A DNA stretch of 56,164 nucleotides. Origin: a virus (taxonomy: Duplodnaviria > Caudoviricetes). The stretch covers positions 1 through 56,164 of the IMG/VR virus record IMGVR_UViG_3300010206_000038; one strand, written 5' to 3'. Shown here piece by piece: positions 44,976 through 54,154 of this stretch. Every line of letters starts with the position of its first letter. The first letter of the stretch is position 1. The translations under genes were made by a program, and so were the position numbers. The notes below the pieces were generated by a model. That model saw nothing but the letters and a program-made list of their open reading frames with translations. It had not been told where the DNA came from and ran no database searches.

Positions 44976-45563
44976 ATGTCGAACGCGGTCTTCCCGACGC
45001 TGCCCGGCCTGACGTGGGACATCAAGCGCTCTCCCGAGTTCTCGACCACCATCGTCAAGGGTGCGGACGGCGGCGAAACGCGGATCGGAAACTGGGTCTA
45101 TCCGCTATGGCACTGGACGCTGACCTATGAGTTGCTGCGAGACGACGCGACCGCTGAGTTGCACACCCTGCTTGGCTTCTTCCTGTCGCGGCAGGGCAAG
45201 CTCGACGACTTCCTCCTTCGCGACCCGGACGACTGCTCCGTCGTTAATCAGACCATCGGTATTGGGAACGGAGTGACGACAATATTCCAGTCAAGCCGGA
45301 CTATGGGAGGATTTTCAGAACCGATAAAGGAACTTAATGGAATCCCAACGATTTATATTAATGGCGAAAGGCAGACAAGCGGATGGTGGCCGTTAGGTTC
45401 TGGTCAGATTTATTTTGTGTCACCCCCTTCTAACGGAGCGTTAATTTCTGCCGATTTGTCATATTACTGGCGAGTTCGCTTCGATATGGATATGGCAGAG
45501 TTCAACCAGTTCGCCGCAAAGCTCTGGGAACTCCAGCAATGCACCTTTGTGAGTGTCCGATGA
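44976..45563 (+). CDS. DUF2460 distal tail protein
   Basis: P.FSTTI....GGE.R...W..P, FF..R.G....F...DP.D and VRFD motifs. Confidence 0.88.
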   Translation: MSNAVFPTLPGLTWDIKRSPEFSTTIVKGADGGETRIGNWVYPLWHWTLTYELLRDDATAELHTLLGFFLSRQGKLDDFLLRDPDDCSVVNQTIGIGNGVTTIFQSSRTMGGFSEPIKELNGIPTIYINGERQTSGWWPLGSGQIYFVSPPSNGALISADLSYYWRVRFDMDMAEFNQFAAKLWELQQCTFVSVR

Positions 45564-46429
45564 TTGATATCGCCCCCGCCCTCAAGAGCATGCTGACTGG
45601 CCGCCGTCCTCACCGGGTGTTTGACCTGTGGACGTTTTCTCTGCCGATCGGGATCACTTTGCACTGGACGTCGGCTGATATCGACCTGACCGTCGGTGGA
45701 CAGACCTATTCGTCCGTAATCCGGATCACGCGCGACAAGTGCAAATTGACGACCGGGCTGGAGACGGCAACGCAGCAGGTCACGATATCGACCGATGCGG
45801 CGAACGAAATGCTCATCGGCGGCATTCCGCTCCGTCAGGCCATCCGGGTCGGCCTATTCGATGGCGCTGCAGTGCGGCTGGAGTGGGCCTATTACGACCT
45901 TGCCTATCCGCCCGCACTGGTCGGAACGATGCTGCGGTTCACCGGCTTTGTCGGCGATCTCGACGCCTTCGCCGCCAAGGCGGTGCTGACGGTGAACTCG
46001 CCGTTGAAGCGGCTGGACTTGCAAATCCCCTGGAAGGTCTACGGCGCAGGCTGCCGCTTCGTGCTGGGCGATCTGTCATGCGGGGTCAATGTTGCTGATT
46101 TTGCCTACTCCTGCACTGTAATGCCGGGATCGACCAACGGCGCGGTCGCGACGGACGCCTATGATGGGTCATGGGTCGGGGGGACTTTGGTCTTGACCAG
46201 CGGAGCCGACGCCACTTTCCGCCGGACGATCAGGGCATATTACGGCAACGGGATAATGCTGCTGAAGACGCCGCTGCCCTGGGCGCCGGCATTTGGCGAT
46301 ACCTGCGCGCTCTTACCCGGGTGCAACAAAACCACGGGCAGCGGCGGCTGCCAGCGGTTTTACGGCGCCGCGTATGACCTCCATTACGGCGGGATGCCCT
46401 ATATCCCGTCGCCTGAGACCGCCTACTAA
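45560..46429 (+). CDS. DUF2163 / BR0599 baseplate hub protein
   Basis: GLFDGA, C...LGD..CG, PGCNKT...C..F and YGGMPYIP motifs. Confidence 0.88.
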   Translation: MIDIAPALKSMLTGRRPHRVFDLWTFSLPIGITLHWTSADIDLTVGGQTYSSVIRITRDKCKLTTGLETATQQVTISTDAANEMLIGGIPLRQAIRVGLFDGAAVRLEWAYYDLAYPPALVGTMLRFTGFVGDLDAFAAKAVLTVNSPLKRLDLQIPWKVYGAGCRFVLGDLSCGVNVADFAYSCTVMPGSTNGAVATDAYDGSWVGGTLVLTSGADATFRRTIRAYYGNGIMLLKTPLPWAPAFGDTCALLPGCNKTTGSGGCQRFYGAAYDLHYGGMPYIPSPETAY

Positions 46430-46442
46430 AGGCTTTCCCATC

Positions 46443-46907
46443 ATGACCGATCTGGAACAGAGCCAGCGGGCCGCGGTGGTGGCCGAGGCGCGCTCGTGGA
46501 TTCGCACGCCCTATCATGAGCGGGGCCGGATCAAAGGGGCCGGTGCCGATTGCGCGATGCTGCCCGCCGAGGTCTATGAGGCGGTTGGCCTGATCCCGCA
46601 TCAAGACCCGCCCTATTACCCGCCCGATTGGCATTTACACCGCGACGAAGAGCGCTATCTCGCCGCCGTCGAGCAATATGCCGTTCAGATTGATGGCCCT
46701 CCGCTGCCCGGCGACCTCGTGATGTACCGGTTCGGCCGCGCCTTCGCGCACGGAGCGATCGTCACCGAATGGCCGATGGTCGTTCACGCGATCAAGGGTC
46801 TTGGCGTCACCGAATCGTCTGGTGAAGGCCCGGAAGTTGCGCTCGACCGATCCGGAAACCCTCGTGAACGCCGGTTCTATCGCCTGAAAATTTGGTCCGC
46901 CAAATGA
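46443..46907 (+). CDS. NlpC/P60 tail-associated peptidase
   Basis: EARSWIRTPYH...GADC...HGAI...VHA. Confidence 0.9.
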   Translation: MTDLEQSQRAAVVAEARSWIRTPYHERGRIKGAGADCAMLPAEVYEAVGLIPHQDPPYYPPDWHLHRDEERYLAAVEQYAVQIDGPPLPGDLVMYRFGRAFAHGAIVTEWPMVVHAIKGLGVTESSGEGPEVALDRSGNPRERRFYRLKIWSAK

Positions 46908-49900
46908 GCATCTTCGGCGGTGGCGGGCAGACGACGCAGCCGGAAGCAGCGACGACTCCGCATGAAACGGCGCTTCAGGTTCAATCGTCGAGCGCGGGCA
47001 AGGTCGTCTCTGTCATTTTGGGGACGAAGCGCGTCGCAGGAAATTTGATCTGGTACAGCGATTTCCAGGCGGTCGCCCATACCACCACGACATCAAGCGG
47101 CGGCGGTGGAGGTGGCAAGGGTGGCGGCGGGGGTGGTTCGAGCGATACCACCTCGACCAGTTATACCTATACCGCCTCGACAATGGTCGGACTGGGCGTC
47201 GGCCCCATTCAGGGAATCGGCAAGGTCTGGGCCCAGGATTCGGAGGTTGCGTTATCCGGTATCGGGGCGTTGGTCCACGTCGCGACCGGCAGCGTTGGGC
47301 AAATGTTCTGGCCGTGGTTGGTGTCGGCGCATCCCGGTCCGGAAACGCTGGCCTATTCCGGACTGGCCTATGTTGGAGTTGCTGCTGCGAATCTCGGAAC
47401 CAGTTCCGGGCTCCCCGCTTGGAACTGGGAGGTGCGCGGGCTTGGGACTCCGGTCAACACCGACCTTTCCGGCGCTTACGATATCTCGTTCGCAGAGGCT
47501 ATCAAGCTGGTGATCGAGGACCCCGGCTGGGGCTGCGGCCTCACCGGAATCATGGCCGACATGTCGGATTACGCGGCGTGGTGCGCGGCCCAAGGCTTTG
47601 TGATGAGTGATGCGCTCACGGACGCCCGCTCTGGCCGCGAGATCATTCAGGATTACACGAAGGCGACACTGTCTGAGGCCGTGTGGTCGGGCGACAAACT
47701 CAAGATCATCCCGTATGCGGATCAGATCATCTGGGATTACGTCCCCGACTTGACCCCAGCCCTCATCATCGATGAGACCATGCTTCGCCCGGCTCAAAGC
47801 GAAGGCGAGACGCCAATCAAGGTCACACGGAAAGACCCGGCCGACCTCGCCAATTACCTGACCGTTGAATACCACAATCGCGCGAATGCCTATAACGTCG
47901 CGACCGTCACTGCGACCGATGACGGCCACATGGCGACCTACGGCCTGCGGCCGGGTAGTTCGATCAGCGCTCATTTCTTGCCGACAGCGGAAATTGCGCA
48001 GCATGTCGCTGACCTCGTCCAGGGCCGCGACCTAGCGGTCACATCAAAATACGAATTCGGCGTCGGGCCGGTCGGCGCGTTCCTGGAACCGATGGATATC
48101 GTCTGGATTAACGATCCGGCCCAGGGCCTCGTGAATTTCCCCGTCCGCGCTAAAGAGATCACCGAGGACGACGCTTATTCGTTTTCGATCAGCGCCGAAG
48201 ATATCCCAGGCTGCGTCGGGGCGATGGTATCGCGTCCGATAGCGGATATCGGCGGATATCGGTCTGATTTCAACGCTCCGCCGTCCGGCCCGAGCAATCC
48301 GCCGATTATCTTTGAGGCCCCTTATGAACTGGCGAATGCGGCCAGCCGTTTGGAAATTTGGGCGGCGATCAGCAGCCGGGACCCATCCTGGGGCGGCTGC
48401 CAAGTCTGGCTGTCGATCGATGGGGACAGCTATAAGCGTGTTGGGACCATCAACGGCAGCGCCCGCACTGGCGTCTTGACCGCTCCGGTCGGTGCTGGCT
48501 CCGATCCAGACACGGCGTCGTCGCTATCGGTCGATCTGTCCGAAAGCCGGGCGGTAATGCTCTCGGGCACTAAGGCTGACGCCGACCTTTACACCACCCT
48601 CTGCTGGGTCGATGGCGAACTGATCTCTTATCGAGACGCTACCTTGACCGGGTCCTCGGCCTATAGCCTGTCCTATTTGCGGCGCGGGGCCTATCGGACC
48701 CCGGTGACGTCGCACGCCGCCGGGACACGGTTCGCCCGGCTTGATGGCTCTATTTTCAAATTGCCGTTCACCGCCGACATGATCGGCACATGGGTCAGCA
48801 TCAAGATCCTGGGGTTCAACGCGCACGGCGGCGGACTCCAGGGTATTGCCGACGTCCCAGCCTATTCGTATCTCATCACGGGCCGCGATCCGCCGCCCAA
48901 CCCCGTCAATCTTTTTCGCCGGGACGACCGGGCCTATTGGGAAATCCCAGACCCGCCCGCCGATCTGGCCGGCAGCCGCATCCGCCACCTTGCCGGTCGC
49001 ACGCGGAATTGGGCGCAAGGGATGGACTGGCCGACCGACGGCGCTGTCGTCACCGCCCGCGAGATTGACCTGACCCAATTTGGGTCAGGCGAGCGGACGA
49101 TTATGGTCCGATCAGTCGATTCGTCGGGGAATCTGTCGGTCGGTTCTGCCTTCCTGACGGTCGGCATGGGCGAGCCGTCGGTGGCGAATATCGTCTGGAC
49201 CTATGACGATGCCGCCGCCGGATGGGCAGGGACTATCGCCAATGGATCCGTCGTCAGTGGGCGCGTTGTCTCCCGCGACACCGGAGAAGCTTATCTGGCT
49301 GACGACAGCGCGCTTTATCTTCCTCAGGCCGGCTTCGCCTACCTGCCACTGGCGTATAGACGAATGGTTTACGACCTGACTGTCACTCCGCCCATAGATT
49401 TTACACCTGGCTCGATGACGATTCCCGCCGTCATTAACGGGGAGGGGTGGCAGGTCCTAATACGCCAGCATAATAGCGGATTATATATGCAAGGTAACGA
49501 TAGCGCGTACCTGCCAGAAGACGATGCGCCATACTTGGGAGATATGTCCTCCTGGTCACCATGGCCCGGGTCAATGACCGTGACACACCAGCCGTATTAT
49601 CTCCGGGTTATTACCGAGGCGGGGGCGACAGAAGGGGTTATCTCTTCCCTATCCGTAATCGTCGATGTGCCGGATATCGTCGAAAGCTTTGAGGACTTGG
49701 TTATTCCTGTCGGAGGACGCCGGGTTCCAATCACCAAGACTTACCGGGCAATCGATTACCTCGGGGAGATTACGATTCAGGACGATGGCAACGGCGCCAT
49801 TGCCATTTTGATCGTCGATAAAAATCCAACTCTTGGCCCGCTGTTGCGCGCGGTTAACGCGGCTGGAGCCGCATGCGCAGCCACTATCGACATTAAGGAC

Positions 49901-49915
49901 ATGAAAGGGCACTGA
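46904..49915 (+). CDS. Central tail/host-specificity protein (phage-tail_3, J/megatron-like)
   Basis: GNLIW, Gly-rich GGKGG, YSGLAY, LEPMD, VDGELISY and LRRGAY motifs. Confidence 0.88.
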   Translation: MSIFGGGGQTTQPEAATTPHETALQVQSSSAGKVVSVILGTKRVAGNLIWYSDFQAVAHTTTTSSGGGGGGKGGGGGGSSDTTSTSYTYTASTMVGLGVGPIQGIGKVWAQDSEVALSGIGALVHVATGSVGQMFWPWLVSAHPGPETLAYSGLAYVGVAAANLGTSSGLPAWNWEVRGLGTPVNTDLSGAYDISFAEAIKLVIEDPGWGCGLTGIMADMSDYAAWCAAQGFVMSDALTDARSGREIIQDYTKATLSEAVWSGDKLKIIPYADQIIWDYVPDLTPALIIDETMLRPAQSEGETPIKVTRKDPADLANYLTVEYHNRANAYNVATVTATDDGHMATYGLRPGSSISAHFLPTAEIAQHVADLVQGRDLAVTSKYEFGVGPVGAFLEPMDIVWINDPAQGLVNFPVRAKEITEDDAYSFSISAEDIPGCVGAMVSRPIADIGGYRSDFNAPPSGPSNPPIIFEAPYELANAASRLEIWAAISSRDPSWGGCQVWLSIDGDSYKRVGTINGSARTGVLTAPVGAGSDPDTASSLSVDLSESRAVMLSGTKADADLYTTLCWVDGELISYRDATLTGSSAYSLSYLRRGAYRTPVTSHAAGTRFARLDGSIFKLPFTADMIGTWVSIKILGFNAHGGGLQGIADVPAYSYLITGRDPPPNPVNLFRRDDRAYWEIPDPPADLAGSRIRHLAGRTRNWAQGMDWPTDGAVVTAREIDLTQFGSGERTIMVRSVDSSGNLSVGSAFLTVGMGEPSVANIVWTYDDAAAGWAGTIANGSVVSGRVVSRDTGEAYLADDSALYLPQAGFAYLPLAYRRMVYDLTVTPPIDFTPGSMTIPAVINGEGWQVLIRQHNSGLYMQGNDSAYLPEDDAPYLGDMSSWSPWPGSMTVTHQPYYLRVITEAGATEGVISSLSVIVDVPDIVESFEDLVIPVGGRRVPITKTYRAIDYLGEITIQDDGNGAIAILIVDKNPTLGPLLRAVNAAGAACAATIDIKDMKGH

Positions 49916-49916
49916 C

Positions 49917-50462
49917 ATGGCGCTCCCTGCCTCAGGCTATTTTACCAATCCCGCCCGCACGAATGGTGAGGCAAAGCAAGCACAGAATGACATGCTGGCG
50001 GCGTTACTAAGTTTTGGATCGGCGGCGACCCACGCAGCAACCGACTTTGCGACTGCGGCTCAGGGCGCGAAGGCGGATACAGCAGTTCAAGCCTCACAGA
50101 TGACAGGCACGGTGCTGTACTCCGGGTACCAGAAGTTCCCCAGCGGGCTTATCAAACAAGGCGGGTTGACGACTTTAAGCGCAACTACCGCAACTAACCC
50201 TCAAACAATTGGCGGAATTACTTGGTATACTACATATTATATTGTAACACTCCCGACAACTTATCCAACGCACCACTTCAGTGTCATTGGATCGTTATTC
50301 GGTAACTCGGCGTATCTTTCTGGCATTGGAAACCCGGCAACTTTAAATTTTAGCACCTCAGTATATGTTGATGGTGAGAATAGGGGGGCGTTTACTGTAG
50401 CAGTAATTAGTCCCTGGACAGGTTGGACCCCTATTATCTTCTGGGAATCAAGGGGGAATTAA
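49917..50462 (+). CDS. Short tail fibre / receptor-binding protein
   Basis: DFATAAQGAKADTAVQ fibre repeat; GYQKFPSGLIKQ.G...FW...G C-terminal domain; AT-rich. Confidence 0.8.
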   Translation: MALPASGYFTNPARTNGEAKQAQNDMLAALLSFGSAATHAATDFATAAQGAKADTAVQASQMTGTVLYSGYQKFPSGLIKQGGLTTLSATTATNPQTIGGITWYTTYYIVTLPTTYPTHHFSVIGSLFGNSAYLSGIGNPATLNFSTSVYVDGENRGAFTVAVISPWTGWTPIIFWESRGN

Positions 50463-50842
50463 TGATGCTGTACTCAAAGTCAACCAGGGGGTTTTACGAC
50501 CCCAACATCCACGGCGACAATGTCCCCGCTGACGCAGTTGATGAGTCGAAATGGGCTATCAGTTACCAGGACTTGCTTACCGGTCAGGACGCCGGAAAAG
50601 CCATCGCCGCCGACGACGCGGGGAAGCCGATCCTCGTCGATCGGATCAGTCCGGCGGAAACTGACGAGGACCGCAAGGTCCGGATCAACGGTCCTATCAT
50701 CGCCCAACTCGCCGCTCTCGACGCGGCGACGGTACGGCCACTCCGAGCGATTGCCGCCGGGACCGCGACCCAATCCGACCGCGATAAGCTTGCCAGCCTG
50801 GACACCGAGGCGGCGGCGCTACGGGCCAAACTGATCGCCTGA
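50462..50842 (+). CDS. Tail fibre assembly-like protein
   Basis: YSKSTRGFYD..IHG..VP.DAV...Y..LL.GQ..GK.I motif. Confidence 0.8.
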   Translation: MMLYSKSTRGFYDPNIHGDNVPADAVDESKWAISYQDLLTGQDAGKAIAADDAGKPILVDRISPAETDEDRKVRINGPIIAQLAALDAATVRPLRAIAAGTATQSDRDKLASLDTEAAALRAKLIA

Positions 50843-50884
50843 TCCTGCACTGCACAACACCAGGGCGACTTTGCCCAATTTTTT

Positions 50885-50913
50885 GCCGCCCCGGTCCACG
50901 GAGGCGGTTTTTT
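50885..50913 (+). terminator. Intrinsic terminator
   Basis: GCCGCC...GGCGGT stem followed by a T-run. Confidence 0.7.
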
Positions 50914-50933
50914 CATGCCCGAAAGGATCTGAT

Positions 50934-51104
50934 ATGCCGCCTGACCGTGACCTCGATTTCGCCATCGGTGCGGGGGCATTGACGACCCCGCTCTGGCTCT
51001 CCGTCCTGAATGCCGCCTTGCAAGAAGTAATGCTGATCGGCGGCGCGATTCTTGTGCTGGTGCGGCTGTGGTCGCTGGCCCGGCGCTGGGGAGGTGGATC
51101 ATGA
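50934..51104 (+). CDS. Putative holin
   Basis: 56 aa, hydrophobic, overlaps the lysozyme start. Confidence 0.6.
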   Translation: MPPDRDLDFAIGAGALTTPLWLSVLNAALQEVMLIGGAILVLVRLWSLARRWGGGS

Positions 51105-51577
51105 GCCCCGCCCTCATCGCCGCCCTCGGGATTATCCGCCAGTTCGAGGGATTGCGGCTGAAAGCGTATCCCGATCCCGGAACCGCGCACGATCCCGATC
51201 CGGCCAAGCGGGGAAAGCCCTGGACCATCGGCTACGGACACACGGCAGGCGTCAAACAGGGCGACACCTGCGCCGCCGCCCAGGCCGAAGCATGGCTTGC
51301 CAGCGACGCCGCCGCGACCGAGGGCGTTGTTCGCCGGCTCGTCCTGGTCGAGGCCAGCGAAAACCAGATCGGGGCGCTGACCAGCTTTGCCTTCAATGTC
51401 GGGACCGGAAACCTGAGCAGTTCGACCCTGCTGCGCCTGATGAACACCGGCCACCCGGCCCAGGCCGCCGACGAATTCGCCCGCTGGAACAAGGCTGGTG
51501 GTGCGGTCCTGGACGGTCTGGTGCGCCGTCGCAAGGCCGAGCGGGACCTGTTCGTCACGCCTGATGGGCACCTCTGA
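51101..51577 (+). CDS. Endolysin, GH24 lysozyme
   Basis: FEGLRLKAYPD...WTIGYGHT, SFAFNVG and GLVRRRKAE motifs. Confidence 0.93.
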   Translation: MSPALIAALGIIRQFEGLRLKAYPDPGTAHDPDPAKRGKPWTIGYGHTAGVKQGDTCAAAQAEAWLASDAAATEGVVRRLVLVEASENQIGALTSFAFNVGTGNLSSSTLLRLMNTGHPAQAADEFARWNKAGGAVLDGLVRRRKAERDLFVTPDGHL

Positions 51578-51606
51578 CCAACTCTTTCAATTCTTGAAAC
51601 AGTTCC

Positions 51607-51638
51607 CCGCCGCCCGGATCGTCCGAGGCGGCTTTTTC
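51607..51638 (+). terminator. Intrinsic terminator
   Basis: GCCGCC...GGCGGC stem followed by TTTTT. Confidence 0.7.
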
Positions 51639-51657
51639 ATGCTCGAAAGGCCTCATC

Positions 51658-51921
51658 ATGACTGTTCGCGCCAAATTTGCTTGCACTGCCAAAATCGTTC
51701 GCCCCTCCAGCCAGGAGGGGTTCGACGAAGAGGCCGCTCTGTCGTTTTCGGCAGTATGCGGCAATTTCAACGCCGAAGGTGAAGACGAGCACCCGGAAAA
51801 CCGCATCTTCGGCAAGTGGACGCCCTCCGCCAGCCTGACGATGACCATTCGCAACAAGGTGGCCTACGACCAGTTCGAACAGGGCAAGGAATATTACCTC
51901 GACTTCACCCCGGCGGAGTGA
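51658..51921 (+). CDS. Conserved phage protein
   Basis: VRAKF...EN..F.KWTPS....TI.N.....F..GKEYYLDFTPA. Confidence 0.8.
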   Translation: MTVRAKFACTAKIVRPSSQEGFDEEAALSFSAVCGNFNAEGEDEHPENRIFGKWTPSASLTMTIRNKVAYDQFEQGKEYYLDFTPAE

Positions 51922-51927
51922 GGACCC

Positions 51928-52161
51928 GTGCCCGCATACCTTTCTGCCCGGCTGCCGGAGCGATCGTCGCAGCACGCGACCACGGCAGCCATCACCGCCC
52001 TCGCCACGGTCGCCAGCAACCCCATTGCGTGGCAACCGGGCGGCATTGACCTCTGGCTGTCGCTCGTCTGGCCGATGGCGGTCGCCCTGATCGCCTTCCT
52101 GTATCCCGAAAACCCTCCCTCGGCCGGGCCGTCGCCGCGCGCTTCGGACCCGGCCGCCTGA
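51928..52161 (+). CDS. Small membrane protein (second holin candidate)
   Basis: Two hydrophobic segments; lysis region. Confidence 0.55.
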   Translation: MPAYLSARLPERSSQHATTAAITALATVASNPIAWQPGGIDLWLSLVWPMAVALIAFLYPENPPSAGPSPRASDPAA

Positions 52162-52184
52162 TTTCCAGCACTGGAGACATCCCC

Positions 52185-52475
52185 ATGCCCGCCACGTTCA
52201 TTCCCGTCGATGCCGTCGCCGTCGTCCCCGTGGCCTTCACCGATCAGGTTGGTCGCCCGGTCTCCTCCCCGGCCGAGGCGACCTTCTCCGCCGCTTCCGG
52301 CCTTGTCTCGCTGGCCTGGGACGGCACGCACCTGACCATCACCCCGACCGGTGCCGACGGCTCTGACACGATCACTGCGACTTGGGCTGGTGGATCGGCT
52401 GCTTTCGAGGTGGAGACTGGCGCCCCGTCCGCCGTGTCCGCCGTTCTCGGCGAGCCCACCTTCACCACCCGGTAA
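52185..52475 (+). CDS. Small beta-rich hypothetical protein
   Basis: GGAG RBS. Confidence 0.6.
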   Translation: MPATFIPVDAVAVVPVAFTDQVGRPVSSPAEATFSAASGLVSLAWDGTHLTITPTGADGSDTITATWAGGSAAFEVETGAPSAVSAVLGEPTFTTR

Positions 52476-52487
52476 GGAGCATTCCAG

Positions 52488-52745
52488 ATGCGTGTTTACC
52501 AGTGCCACAAGCTGGTCGAGGCCGCTCCGATCATTGAAGTCGGCTCGGAATTCCATGCCGAGGATCATGATTTCATCAACATCACCGTCGAGGGCGGCGA
52601 CGTTCACGCCCTTCCGGTCGAGGCTGTCGCCCGCTACCTCCCCGTGGCTGGCGACTATCTCGTGAAATACCGGCCCGATGGCTACCTCTCGATCAGCCCC
52701 AAGGCGGCTTTCGAGGCGGGCTATTCCCTGGCCGAGGAGAAATGA
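52488..52745 (+). CDS. Conserved phage protein
   Basis: YQCHKLVEAA...GDYLVKY..DGY.S.SPK.AFE.GY. Confidence 0.75.
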   Translation: MRVYQCHKLVEAAPIIEVGSEFHAEDHDFINITVEGGDVHALPVEAVARYLPVAGDYLVKYRPDGYLSISPKAAFEAGYSLAEEK

Positions 52746-53113
52746 CCATGCGACTTTATGCTCTCGCTTGCACCCTGATCGTCTCGGGTCTGCTCGCCGC
52801 GTGCTCGATCATCGCGCCCACGACCCCGGCCCAGACCGTCTACGACATCCGCGCCGCCTATGATGCGACGATCCTGACGCCTGCCGTGGCCTATGCCTCC
52901 CTGCCCCGCTGCCCGGCTGAGGTCGAATGCTCCGACCCGGACGCGGTGGCCGAGATCCGCCGGGCCGATGCCGCCGTCCTGGCGACGCTCGACGCTGCTG
53001 AAGCGACGGTACGTCAGCATCCCGATCTGGATGCATCCGCCGCGATCGCTTCCGCTCAGAACGCGGTAACGGCGGCAGCGAAGATTCTCACCCTCTATGG
53101 AGTGACCAAGTGA
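52742..53113 (+). CDS. Helical lipoprotein (spanin-like position)
   Basis: Lipobox LAAC; lysis region. Confidence 0.7.
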   Translation: MTMRLYALACTLIVSGLLAACSIIAPTTPAQTVYDIRAAYDATILTPAVAYASLPRCPAEVECSDPDAVAEIRRADAAVLATLDAAEATVRQHPDLDASAAIASAQNAVTAAAKILTLYGVTK

Positions 53114-53289
53114 TGGATATCGTTCTCGCCGCGCTCAAGCTGGCCCCGCTGGTGATCCAGGCGGGCCAGGACTTCGCCGCGTTCGTCGCCCGGGTCGAGG
53201 CGGCGGCCAGCCGCACCGACGGCCCGACCAACGCCGACTGGGATGCACTTCACGCCCTGGAGGCCGAGTTGCGGGCGCGGCTCGGATAG
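53113..53289 (+). CDS. Small amphipathic protein, 58 aa
   Basis: Translated by hand (MDIVLAALKLAPLVIQAG...); GGAG RBS; coupled to the lipoprotein gene. Confidence 0.6.
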   Translation: MDIVLAALKLAPLVIQAGQDFAAFVARVEAAASRTDGPTNADWDALHALEAELRARLG

Positions 53290-53327
53290 TCACCAGCCCC
53301 TGACGGCCATCCGCCGAATAGTCACCA

Positions 53328-53359
53328 GCCGCCGGCCCTTCACGGGGTCGGCGGCTTTT
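53328..53359 (+). terminator. End-of-late-operon terminator
   Basis: GCCGCCGGCCC-TTCACG-GGGTCGGCGGC followed by TTTT. Confidence 0.8.
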
Positions 53360-53405
53360 GTGATTCTGGAAGCAAGGCGATCACCGCGTCTGCCAATTTC
53401 CACAC

Positions 53406-53522
53406 CTATTCCGCCCGAAACCACCCGCTCGGATCGGCCCCCATGCCGCGCTCATGGGCAATCCACCGCGCCAGATCGATAGCCTCTGACATGGGGTCGA
53501 TCGTCTCTCTTTTTCTGGACAT
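53406..53522 (-). CDS. Small hypothetical protein, 38 aa
   Basis: TGATG coupling to the Zn-ribbon gene; translated by hand. Confidence 0.4.
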   Translation of the reverse strand: MSRKRETIDPMSEAIDLARWIAHERGMGADPSGWFRAE

Positions 53523-53695
53523 CAAGTTTCGGGGAACATGGCTTTCGTTGCACTGTCGAGTTCAGTCCGAAGAGAGGTGATTTCGCCGGTATCTTTGAAC
53601 CTGATATGGACATCGTATTCCCATCCGCATTTGCAGCGGATCAGGCTTTCGGTGAGAGGGCAGCCGCACTTGGGGCAATTTCTGATGTCAGCCAT
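53522..53695 (-). CDS. Small Zn-ribbon protein
   Basis: CPKCG...CKCG; AGGGG RBS. Confidence 0.65.
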   Translation of the reverse strand: MADIRNCPKCGCPLTESLIRCKCGWEYDVHIRFKDTGEITSLRTELDSATKAMFPET

Positions 53696-53714
53696 TGTTG
53701 ATCCCCTGTTAATG

Positions 53715-54046
53715 GAGTGCCCGAGGCTCGCACCGTGGGTGTCCGCCTCGGGCTGACGGGGGCTACACCCCCTTGGTAGGATGGGCTGGACCACTCGCTT
53801 CCCACCCCGGCTACTCGGCATGGTCGGCGGTTAATCGCCTTTCGGCTCCCGCAACGTCCGCCGGATCACGGGCCTAAGCCTTGTCCGTCCGCCCAACTCT
53901 CGACTGCCTCTCGGCAGAAAGTGTGATGCCAGATCAGGTCCATTGTGGTCCTATCGGGCTTGCCGACGTATTTGGGCTGCAATGGCCGTCCTGTCACGCC
54001 TGTCGGCGTGAAATTCTCCGGCCTATCGTCCCCGGCCGGGTGGGGT
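53715..54046 (-). ncRNA. Candidate structured non-coding RNA or long leader
   Basis: Eight or more helices, two GNRA-capped on the minus strand; no convincing ORF. Confidence 0.5.
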
Positions 54047-54047
54047 A

Positions 54048-54147
54048 GTGGGCTGGCCGGGCTTGATACCGGCTTCCGCGTTTCACGGGGTTACTCCTCA
54101 GCGGATCACGTCAATATCACCGCACGTCCTTCCGTGCCGCCGCCCAC
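54048..54147 (-). ncRNA. C4-like (tRNA-like) phage RNA
   Basis: GTGGGC/GCCCAC closing stem; GCACG-GAAGGA-CGTGC arm; TCCGC/GCGGA arm; GCCGG-TATCAAGC-CCGGC T-like arm. Confidence 0.65.
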
Positions 54148-54154
54148 GCCGGAA

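Noticed and set aside
47096-47140. GGC/GGT-rich low-complexity run
   Set aside because: Encodes the usual Gly-rich GGKGG linker of this tail protein family
49917-50462. Diversity-generating retroelement or shufflon acting on the tail fibre
   Set aside because: No reverse transcriptase, template repeat, invertase or inverted fibre cassettes seen in the window
53715-54147. tmRNA, RNase P RNA, group I/II intron or hammerhead ribozyme
   Set aside because: Hallmark motifs not found by eye (tag reading frame with tRNA-Ala-like ends, GAGGAAAGUCC, domain V, CUGAUGA core)
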